Assembly (NCBI GenBank): GCA_964016885.1
Contig: OZ024765.1
Span: 18,352,001-18,416,000 of the forward strand
Length of the DNA: 64,000 nt
Origin: Eledone cirrhosa
Taxonomy: Eukaryota
Direction: 5' to 3'
Shown: positions 12,101 through 24,100 of the stretch, piece by piece
How positions within the stretch are numbered: position 1 is the stretch's first letter
Layout of the letters: each line of letters opens with the position of its first letter
The notes under the pieces: generated by a model
Told to the model about the DNA's origin: nothing
Seen by the model: only the letters and a program-made list of their open reading frames with translations
Database searches by the model: none
Position numbers and translations under genes: made by a program

Positions 12101-15100
12101 TGGCCTGCACATTCCCCTGATCTGACACCCTGTGACTTCTGGTCATGGGGCATGGTAAAGGAGCGCGTGTATAGCAAAAAGGTTAGAGACATCGATGAAC
12201 TCAAGGACAGAATACAAGGTGTCATATCAAGTATTCCCTGCGAAATGTGTGTCAAAGCACTAAACTGTACTGTTGATCGCTGGTTTTTGTGTATTGATCA
12301 TGCTGGTGGCCAGGTTGAGACTGTTCAGTAAATTCTGAATAAATTATTATAATTAACATAATTTTGACTCACCCTGTATTTTCACAGAAAAAGGCTTTAT
12401 CTCACATAATATCGAATCTATAAGATTTTGACATTTATTTCGAGAATAATACCTTAACATCAGTATGAGTGGCTGGTTACAGCTGGTTTAAACAGGAAAC
12501 GGTGAGAGAATTCTGGCCGGATATGGCCAGTTTAAATTGCTAAAGGATCAACCCATAGTTGAGATGTATATATATATATATATATAATATCCAATCTGGG
12601 GCCTTCTCTCCCCTGTTGAAGGAACCCCTCTCTGGTTAACCTCTACTGCTTTCTGTCTGGTTTTGGTCACGTCAGATGCGTAGCCATAATTACCATGCTA
12701 GGCGGTGGATTGGCAGTAGAGGTAGAGAGTTGGACGCCATGCTTTAACGCATAGAGTTACGGCCCTTGCCATTCTGAGTTCAAATCCTGCCGAGGTTAAC
12801 TTTGCCTTTCATCCTCACCGGGTCGATAAAATAAAGTACCAGTAATACACTGGGGTAATTGCTGGCCTTGCGCCAAAAGTAGAAACAATTATTACGGGGC
12901 CGATAAAATAGAGTACCAGTAATACACTGGGATAATTGCTGGCCTTGCGCCAAAAGTAGAAACAATTATTACGGGGTCGATAAAATAAAGTACCAGTAAT
13001 ACACTGGGATAATTGCTGGCCTTGCGCCAAAAGTAGAAACAATTATTACGGGGTCGATAAAATAAAGTACCAGTAATACCCTGGGATAATTGCTGGCCTT
13101 GCGCCAAAAGTAGAAACAATTATTACGGGGTCGATAAAATAAAGTACCAGTAATACACTGGGATAATTGCTGGCCTTGTGCCAAAAGTAGAAACAATTAT
13201 TACGGGGTCGATAAAATAAAGTACCAGTAATACACTGGGATAATTGCTGGCCTTGTGCCAAAAGTAGAAACAATTATTACGGGGTCGATAAAATAAAGTA
13301 CCAGTAATACACTGGGGTAATTGCTGGCCTTGCGCCAAAAGTAGAAACAATTATTACGGGGTCGACAAAATAAAGTACCAGTAATACACTGGGATAATTG
13401 CTGGCCTTGCGCCAAAAGTAGAAACAATTATTACGGGGTCGATAAAATAAAGTACCAGTAATACCCTGGGATAATTGCTGGCCTTGCGCCAAAAGTAGAA
13501 ACAATTATTACGGGGTCGATAAAATAAAGTACCAGTAATACACTGGGATAATTGCTGGCCTTGTGCCAAAAGTAGAAACAATTATTACGGGGGTCGATAA
13601 AATAAAGTACCAGTAATACACTGGGATAATTGCTGGCCTTGTGCCAAAAGTAAAAACAATTATTACGGGGTCGATAAAATAAAGTACCAGTAATACCCTG
13701 GAATAATTGCTGGCCTTGTGCCAAAAGTAGAAACAATTATTACGGGGTCGATAAAATAAAGTACCAGTAATACACTGGATAATTGCTGGCCTTGTGCCTA
13801 AGGTAGAAACAATTATTACGGGGTCGATAAAATAAAGTACCAGTAATACCCTGGGGTAATTGCTGGCCTTACGCCAAAAGTAGAAACAATTATTACGGGG
13901 TCGATAAAATAAAGTACCAGTAATACACTGGGATAATTGCTGGCCTTGTGCCAAAAGTAGAAACAATTATTACGGGGTCGATAAAATAAAGTACCAGTAA
14001 TACCCTGAGATAATTGCTGGCCTTGTGCCAAAAGTAGAAACAATTATAACTTCATACATCATGATGGGAGATTTTCAGATAAATAGAAACACTTTAACCC
14101 TTTCTCACTACATTTCTAACGAAAAACACTGCCAAGGATTTTCAAATAATTTTGAAGATAATCAGGAAGCTGGAGGGATTATAATTAACTTTCTCATTAT
14201 TAAACTAGTCTAGGGCGGTGGATTGGCAGTATCGGTAGAGGGTCGGACGCCATGCTTTGACGCATAGAGTTACGGCCCTTGCCATTCTGAGTTCAAATCC
14301 CGGCGAGGTTAACTTTGCCTTTCATCCTTACGGGGTCGATAAAATAAAGTAACAGTAATGCACTGGGGTAATTGCTGGCCTTGTGCCAAAAGTAGAAACA
14401 ATAATTACCATGCTCGGCCACTTGTGGGTTGGTGAGACTATTTAACCCGTAGTTGGGGTGGATGTCCGTTGACTCTGAGGAGTTCATCCACCCGTTTTAA
14501 CAGTTCTTGTTTTTTGTACCAGTGTATTACTGGTACTTTATTTTATCGACCCCGTAAGGATGAAAGGCAAAGTCAGCCTCGGCGGGATTTGAACTCAGAA
14601 TGGCAAGGGCCGTAACTCTATGCGTCAAAGCATGGCGTCCGACCCTCTACCGATACTTACCCTCCTCACCAGCGCGGATTCTGGTCGGGAGATTGTTTTA
14701 GTCACTGAACACTCGACTACGAAGCAGGTTGTACTGGGTTACACGGTACCACTTTTATCATCATCATCATCATCATCATCATCACCATTCAATGTCTACC
14801 TTCCATTCTAACATGGGTTACACGGGCTGTCACGTTACGAAGCCAGCCAGACAGGGGGCAGCAGCTCCGAATGAAATAGATATTCCACTCTGCACATGTA
14901 GTTTCATGCTTGTTGGAAAAGTAAAATGAATGGTTATGGTTCAACGTGTCGGACATTAGTCCTTCATCAAAGAAGAGGAGGTTGGAGAGGGTTAGTTTTA
15001 TCAGTATGTATAAACCACATTAAGGACCTGTGAGCTAGTGTCATGTTTATGTATGTTCCTCCTACAGATCAGATGTACCTTAAATGATTGGGAGGAACTG

Positions 15101-18100
15101 AACAGTTTTCTCAAGGAAACTATGTCTAAAAAGATGACTGATGTTGAATTCATTTTCCATCGATTGTGTGTTCAGAAAGCTTTCATCTATGTTGCATCAA
15201 CAAACAATGTAAGTACTCACATAACACTCTCTCCCTTCTACCTTTTTTGCCTGTCTATCTATCTATCTATCTATGTAATCTGCATATATATAAATTTATG
15301 TATATCTATCATCATCATCATCATTTTACATCCGCTTTTCCCTGCTTGCCAGGGTGGGATGGGAACTGATTCTGGCTTGATTTCTACAGCTGGATGCCCT
15401 TCCTAACACCAACCTCAGTTACAGTGAGTGCTGTGTGCTTTTTTGCCGTGGCACCTTCACGACCACTTTACAGTGGAATGATAGAGGCTCAAGTCCCTAT
15501 CATCTCATTTCTACAGCTGAGTAAACTGGAGCAATGTGAAATAAAGTGTCTTGCTCAAGGAAACAACACATCACCCGGTCTGAGAATTGAACTCACAACC
15601 TTTCAATTGCAAGCCCAATGCTGTAACCACTAAGCTATGTGCCTCCATGTATGTATGTATGTATATATATATATATATATATATACATACATATATGTAT
15701 ACATATGTGTGTGTGTGTCTCCATTATTATACTTCGTATATTTACCCTATTGTTGTTACATTCAGATATTCCAGAAAGAATACTCTTATGATTCGGCAGA
15801 GGACCTTGTTAAAACTCTGTGTGTCAAAGAAACTCCAGCAATAGAGGAACTCTTCAATGCAGAAAACATTCAGGTTTGTGTGTCTGTCTCCCTCCCTCTC
15901 TCTCCCCCTCTCTCTTTCCCTCTCTCTCTCTCCTGCCTTCACACTCTCTCTCGCTTTCTCTCTCTTTCTCTCTTTCTCTCTTTCTCTCTTTCTCTCTCTT
16001 TCTCTCTTTCTCTCTTTCTCTCTCCCCTCTTGTTCTCTTGCTCTCTCTCCCCTCTTGCTCTCTCTCTCTCCCCTCTTGCTCTCTCTCTCTCTTTCTCCCC
16101 TCTTGCTCTCTCTCTCTCTTTCTCCCCTCTTGCTCTCTCTCTCTTTCTCCCTCTCTCCCTCCCTCTCTCCCTCTTTCTCTCTCTGCTTCCATCTTCTTTT
16201 TGGTTTTACCTTCAGTCTCCTATCTAAGAACTTAAAGCCCGACTCACTTGAGGAGGGCTGTTTCAGCTCTATTGAGAGTTTCTAACCACTCTAAATAAAT
16301 CATCTCAGGGTATTTCATGATATGTTTTGTATTGTAGGAGCTATCTGCTTTACATAATCAGTACCAAAGGGTAAAAGGCCTGTTGTATGAACCAACGTCT
16401 ATTGAATACCAATCTATTAATATGTTAGAGGTGAATCCAGCCACCAGTATTATGAAGTAAGTAATTTTCATATATATATATATATATATACCTCACACAC
16501 TTACACCTCTCCAAGATAATGTCACCAGACCGAGGCCTTTGGCGCTACGCAGTAATACAGAAGACACGCCTTGCCTAAGTACAAAGCGAAACCTACAGTC
16601 AGTAGGCACCTCTTAACCAAAATACACTCCCGTCCCACCACCCCCACCCCATCCACACCGCCCCTTTCAATGTAAAGTTATGTTGGTACCACAACATCCA
16701 GTCCTAAACAAATGAGGTCGTGTAGGTGTCACGACAAAAAAACACACAGTCCACGCTGTAATGTGGCCGTGTAGGCAACACGGTAAAAACCTCCCAGCCC
16801 CACACTGTAAATGTGGTTGGTGTTAGGAAGGGCATCCAGCCGTAGAAAACCCGCCAGACAGTCCTATGCGAGCAAGACAACCACTCTTGCCTCAAGTGGG
16901 AAAACTCCCATCCAGACCCATGCTAGCGTGGAAGATGGACGTTAAACGATGATGATGATGATGATGATGATATATATAGGATCGATCAACTTTCGTCAAG
17001 TTGGACCAAGGAAACAATGTTCCCGTTGATCTTTCCAGTTGCTAATACTATCTATCGGTCGCAACTCCAGGCAGAAGGAGCAACGTGAAATAAAGTGTCT
17101 TGCTCAAGGACATAACGCATCACCTGGTCCACAACCTCACGAACTCACAACCTCACGATTGTGAATCCAATTCTCTAACCACTCAGCCACACGCCTTCAC
17201 TAAGTGTAATATATATATATATATATATATAGTTATGTAATAAACAACATAAGGCAATTATTTCATTTACCAGTGGTTTCTTAAAAGCAAAAAAATTTTG
17301 CTTTCAATCATCAGAATGAAAAAATCCTGGACAGAATTACTTCATTTATATATATATATATATATATAGTGAAGGCGTGTGGCTGAGTGGTTAGAGAATT
17401 GGATTCACAATCGTAAGGTTGTGAGTTCGATTCCTGGACCAGGCGATGCGTTATGTCCTTGAGCAAGACACTTTATTTCACGTTGCTCCTTCTACCTGGA
17501 GTTGCGACCGATAGATAGTATTAGCAATTGGAAAGACCAACGGAAACATTGTCCCCTCGGTCCGATTTGACGAAAGTCGATCGTCCTATATATAATATAT
17601 ATATAAAACACATTTAAAATTATAGTTGTCATGTTTGAGATAATCTCGAACATGTGCCTTATTACGTAAGAATAAGCTCAAAGAAATATTCAAGGAATAA
17701 ATCTGAGCATTTAATTGCGAAATAGTGAATGACATATACATACTAGAGAGGAACGAAGCTTGCATGCTCCGCTGGATGTGTAATAGTAATATACGTGAAC
17801 GGCAAAGCATAAACGAGGAAAAAATTAGTAATAAGAGGGATCAGATGTTGTTTACTCGAGAGAAGGCTACGTTGGTATGGTCACGTGATGCGCATGAAAG
17901 ACGACAGCTGTATAACAAAGTGCAGGGCAATAAAGATAGACGGTAGCCACGGAGTAGGCAGAGCCAGAAAAACCTGGGACGAGCTGATAAATTCCGACCT
18001 CACACACTTACACCTCTCCAAGACAATGTCACTGGACCGAGACCTTTGGCGGTACTCAGTAATAGAGAAGACCCGCCTTACCTAAATACAAAGTAAAACC

Positions 18101-21100
18101 TACTACAGTCAGTAGGCATCTCTAACAAAATACACCCCCGTCCCACTACCCCCACCCCATCCACACCACCCCTTTCAATGTAAAGTTATGTTGGTGCCAC
18201 AACATCCAGGCCGAAACAAATGAGATCGTGTAGGTGTCACGACAAAAAAACACACAGTCCACGCTGTAATGTGGCCGTGTAGGCAACACGGTAAAAACCT
18301 CCCAGCCCCACACTGTAAATGTGGTTGGTGTTAGGAAGGGCATCCAGCTGTAGAAAACCCGCCAGACAGTCCTATGCGAGCAATGACAACCACTCTTGCC
18401 TCAAGTGGGAAAACTCCCGTCCAAACCCATGCAAGCGTGGAACATGGACGTTAAACGATGATGATGATGATATATATATATATATCATTAGATATATGGT
18501 GAATGGTTAAAAACTATAGCAAAACAGCGACTGGCGTTTTACTTGCTACACTGTATGTGAGAGTGTGTGTGTGTGTGCTTGTGTCAATGTATGTCTGTGA
18601 GTATATTTTTGTGTGTCTGTATTTGCTTGTTTATATTTATATACTCATACATATAAATGTATGCATATACATATACACACATGCATCCACATATACACAT
18701 ACGCTTCAGTGTGTTTTAAAAATTTCTAGTTTTTAAAATGTTTGTTGTTTTACCTTCTTGGTTAATTTCTTTTGTCAATTTTCCTTCCAGAATGTTGACG
18801 AAATTCCAGAAAGAGAAGGAAAGTTCTCTTGGGGTAAGTTTTTATATTCATGTCTTTGTTTACTGCAGTTTAATCATTTGACTGTGGCCATGCTGGGACA
18901 CAATTGTCCTTAATGGGCTTCAGTACATTACACTGTCCCCTATCCTTCCCTCAGTACCTTGTCTGGTATCATAATATAATAAAGGGAGGAGTATGTGACT
19001 GTGTCCTGAATATAATTTTTTATCCCGTTAGTAAAATAAGTTGGATTACTTTGAATAAATAAATAATGAATATTACATAATTTATGTACTAAATTTCGTA
19101 GCTGTTGATTAAACATAAATATTTTTATATATAATAATTGCTTATTTTAAGATTCACTTCTTTAAAATTTTCAAATGACAAGACTTCCAGTTAGCGTCCT
19201 TTTTTATCATAACACTTATTACATCGCTTAATTCATATATTTACATCGTTATATCATAATGTTAATATTTCCGTCGCTAATTTTCTCCTTTTTCGTTTTC
19301 ATTACATTTCACCGTAATACAGTTTATATATAATATCATCTTTTTTAAATATATCATGGATTACTTTACTGATTACATAAGACAGTGTAACACAGTCTCT
19401 CTTCAATTTCTCTGCACATGGCTTAGTGGTTAGAGCATTGGCCTTGCAATCGAAAGGTTGTGAGTTCAATTCTCAGACCGGGTGATGTGTTGTTTCCTTG
19501 AGCAAGACACTTTATTTCACATTGCTCCAGTTTACTCAGCTGTAGAAATGAGATGATAGGGACTAGGGTCCCTATCATTCCACTACAAAGTGGTCGTGGA
19601 GGTGCCACGGCAAAAAAGCACCCAGCCCACACTGTAAAGTGGTCGTGGAGGTGCCACAGCAAAAAAGCACCCAGCACTCACTGTAAAGTGGTCGTGGAGG
19701 TGCCACAGCAAAAAAGCACCCAGCACTCACTGTAAATGAGGTTGGTGTTAGGAAGGGCATCCAGCTGTAGAAATCAAGCCAGAATCAGTTCCCGTCCCAC
19801 CCTTGCAAGCAGGGAAAAGTGGACGTAAACTGATGATGATGCTGATTGTCAATTATCATTTTATTTGACATATCGTATCTACATGCATATATATTTGCAC
19901 ATATTATCAATATGCACACTACACATACAAAAAGAAAACCAACCAAAGAGTGGTTTTCTGCTAGTATGTTTTAACACTGTGAAAATGCATTTTAGTCATT
20001 AGGCTGTGACCATGCTGGGGCACAATTGTCCTCAGTGGGCTTCAGTTCATTACACTGTCCTGTATCCTTCGCTCAGTACCTTGTCTGGTATTTGTTTTAA
20101 TGCTGTGAAAATAGATTTTAGTCATTAGACCATGCTGAGGCCATGCTGAGGCACAATTGTCCTTAACCCTTTAGCATTTAAACCAGCCATATCCGGCCAG
20201 AATTCTCTCACCTCTTTCTGTTCAAACCAGCTGTAACCTGCTGCTCATACTGATGGTAAGATATTGTTCTCAAAATAAATAATATCAAGATTTCATAGAT
20301 TCGATATGATGTGTGATATTATGTGCGGTAAAGCCTTTACTGTGAAAATACGATAGTATATATAGAGTAATGTAAATGTTATGTGAGATATTATGTGAGG
20401 TAAAGCCTTTACTGTGAAAATACAATAGTATATATAGAGTAATGTAAATGTTAAGTGAGATATTATGTGAGGTAAAGCCTTTACTGTGAAAATACAATAG
20501 TATATATAGAGTAATGTAAATGTTATGTGAGATAAAGCCTTTAACATGAAAATACAATAGTAAATATAGAGTAATGTAAATGTTATGTGAGATATTATGT
20601 GAGGTAAAGCCTTTACTGTGAAAATATAATAGTATATATAGAGAGTAATGTAAATGTTATGTGAGATATTATGTGAGGTAAAGCCTTTACTGTGAAAATA
20701 TAATAGTATATATAGAGTAATGTAAATGTTATGTGAGATATGTGAGGTAAAGCATTTACTGTGAAAATACAATAGTATATATAGAGTAATGTAAATGTTA
20801 TGTGAGATATTATGTGAGGTAAAGCCTTTACTGTGAAAATACAATAGTATATATAGAGTAATGTAAATGTTATGTGAGGTAAAGCCTTTACTGTGAAAAT
20901 ACAATAGTATATATAGAGTAATGTAAATGTTATGTGAGATATTATGTGAGGTAAAGCCTTTACTGTGAAAATACAATAGTATATATAGAGTAATGTAAAT
21001 GTTATGTGAGATATTATGTGAGGTAAAGCCTTTACTGTGAAAATACAATAGTATATATAGAGTAATGTAAATGTTATGTGAGATATTATGTGAGGTAAAG

Positions 21101-24100
21101 TCTTTACTGTGACAATACAATAGTATATATAGAGTAATGTAAATGTTATGTGAGATATTATGTGAGGTAAAGCCTTTACTGTGAAAATACAATAGTATAT
21201 ATAGAGTAATGTAAATGTTATGTGAGATATTATGTGAGGTAAAGTCTTTACTGTGACAATACAATAGTATATATAGAGTAATGTAAATGTTATGTGAGAT
21301 ATTATGTGAGGTAAAGCCTTTACTGTGAAAATACAATAGTATATATAGAGTAATGTAAATGCTAAAGAGTTAATCGGTTTAGTTCATTACACTGTCCCCT
21401 ATCCTCCTCTCAGTACCTTTGTCTGGTATTTGTTTTAACACTGTGAAGATGTAGGGTGCAAGAGAAAAATAAGACTGTGCTGGTATCGACGTGATGCATA
21501 TGGATGATACATGCAAAGTCCCATAACTCCTGAGGGTGTCATAGCGCCATCATATTCACATATGGCATTTCTACAGCATTTTTTAAGCTTGACAGTGCCC
21601 ATCCCTCTCCAAGGAGAAGGAAACATTTCATCATCATCATCACCGTCTTATGTCCGTTCTTCCACGCTAGCATGGGTTTGACGAGTTGTCCTGTTGCCGG
21701 CAGTGTCCGGTAAAGTCTCTTGCTCAAGGAAACAACACATCACCCATAAAAAAATGACTATGTAAATTATGACTATCAAAGATATATTTAATTTTTAAAT
21801 AAATACTTCCTTCTCCTAATTCTTTAATTAAATCTTTCAATTTTAAACTTAAATTTTACATTTTTAATCTTTAATCTTAACTTTAAATTCTACCTTAAAA
21901 CTTTTTAGGTTCTAGTTCTTATCTTACCCCCGTCCACTATATTTTTATAGAACTTTAGGCTGACCCCAACTGAAAATTTTTCTATGGAGGCACATGGCTT
22001 AGTGGTTAGAGCATTGGCCTTGCAATCAAAAGGTTGTGAGTTCAATTCTCAGACCAGGTGATGTGTTGTTTCCTTGAGCAAGACACTTTATTTCACATTG
22101 CTCCAGTTTACACAGCTGTAGAAATGAGATGATAGGACTGGGGTCCCTATCATTCCACTGAAAACTGGTCGTGGAGGTGCCACGGCAAAAAAGCACCCAG
22201 CACTCACTGTAAAGTGGTCGTAGAGGTGCCACGGCAAAAAAGCACCCAGCCCACACTGTAAAGTGGTCGTGGAGGTGCCATGGCAAAAAAGTACCCAGCA
22301 CTCACTGTAAATGAGGTTGGTGTTAGGAAGGGCATCCAGCTGTAGAAATCAAGCCAGAATCAGTTCCTGTCCCACCCTTGCAGGCAGGAAAAAGAGGACG
22401 TAAAATGATGATGATGATGATGATGATGTAACCTGATCTCTTGTACCACTAGCATGTGTCCAAATGGTAGTGAGTGGCAACATGGTAGTAGTAGGCGTAC
22501 TACATATAGTACTACATATAACCCCCTAACCCAACCGGCAGGGTGGGAGTAGTATGCATGTTAATCATACAGCCCCCTAACCAAACCTGTAAGACGAAAT
22601 AGATGAGAATCCCCACCCGAAGGTGGTCAGCCAAACTGACAACAACCGCCTTCCCTTCGAGTCAAAAACATTTTTCTCTGTTTTTTTGCAGCTTCTTGGA
22701 TTGTGTTTACTATTATTCCTTTATTATATAACTTTTATGCAATATACACCTGATGATGTCACCAGGATCTTACGGAACCTGGCCATAGTGTTTGCTATAA
22801 TAAATCTTTGAAGGAGTTTCACCAGTCCAGCCTCCTGTCATTTTACTCAATAATAATAAACTCCGTTCTCGCACCACCAGCAAGATCCAACATCAAAGAT
22901 GGATGAGTTGCATTACGTTGAGTGCTTTTCCTATTATTACATCTTGGTTGACTATACGGAACGACCAGTTCTAGCCAGTGGTGAACCAACAAATCTAAAC
23001 ATATATATATAGAATGTAGTGTACGGGAGAGGAGACTGAGGTGGTATGGACATGTGATGCGCATGGAGGATGACCGATGGGTGAAGAAGTGCGAGGAAAT
23101 GCCAGTTGAAGGAAGACGTGGTAGAGGTAGACCACGAAAAACATGGGCGGAGGTGGTGAGAACAGACCTCAGATCATTGAAGCTCACGGTGGAGATGACG
23201 AGGGACCGTGACGAGTGGAGAGATGCTGTGCTGAATAAGACCCGTCCCACCCTTGCAAGCAGGGAAAAGCGGACGTAAAATGATGATGATGATGATGATG
23301 ATGTATATTGTGTATGTATGTATATATGTATATTTATTTATTTGCATGGTGTATATTATTTTTTATTTTATTTTTCAGAAACACAAGTCAGATGATGTAA
23401 GTATAAATATTGTCACTCCTGTGTATATATATATATACCATCATCATCATGGTTGATTTAATTTCTACCTACCCTGCTAACATGGACTGGCGTAGGCCCG
23501 TACAGACCATGTGAGTACTGAAACAGAGCCACTGATCTCCTAGGTAGGCCAGGGATCTGTATGCTGCTTATGTACAGTCATATCGAGTGCAGAGAGGAAG
23601 TTCTCATGTCTTTGTCACGACTGAAGGGTCCGCCCAACCCTTTGTCCCTTATCCAAGCTTTCTATGGCTGGATGCCCTTCTTATCACCAACCACTTTGCA
23701 ACATGTACTTGGTGTGTTTATCATGTAATTAGTGACACTAGGGAAGTTGTATCTTTGACACGACTGAAGGGACCTCCCAACCCTTTGTCCCTTATCCAAG
23801 CTTTCTATGACTGGATGCCCTTCCTATCACCAACCACTTTGCAACATGTACTTGGTGTGTTTATCATGTAATTAGTGACACTAGGGAAGTTGTATCTTTG
23901 ACACGACTGAAGGGACCTCCCAACCCTTTGTCCCTTATCCAAGCTTTCTATGGCTGGATGCCCTTCCTATCACCAACCACTTTGCAACATGTACTTGGTG
24001 TGTTTATCATGTAATTAGTGACACTAGGGAAGTTGTATCTTTGACACGACTGAAGGGACCTCCCAACCCTTTGTCCCTTATCCAAGCTTTCTATGGCTGG

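Noticed and set aside
1241-14048. CRISPR-like arrays
   Set aside because: The units are contiguous with no unique spacers, there are no cas genes, and the context is eukaryotic.
20285-21336. 347-aa repetitive ORF and similar ORFs at 10695 and 24753
   Set aside because: Translations of the 72-bp MITE internal repeat.
22746-22791. Second hammerhead (ACAC-CTGATGA...CGGAAC...GTGT, then AATAAA)
   Set aside because: GAAA box altered to GGAA, weak helix II and no clear NUH site; at best a decayed Penelope-like remnant.
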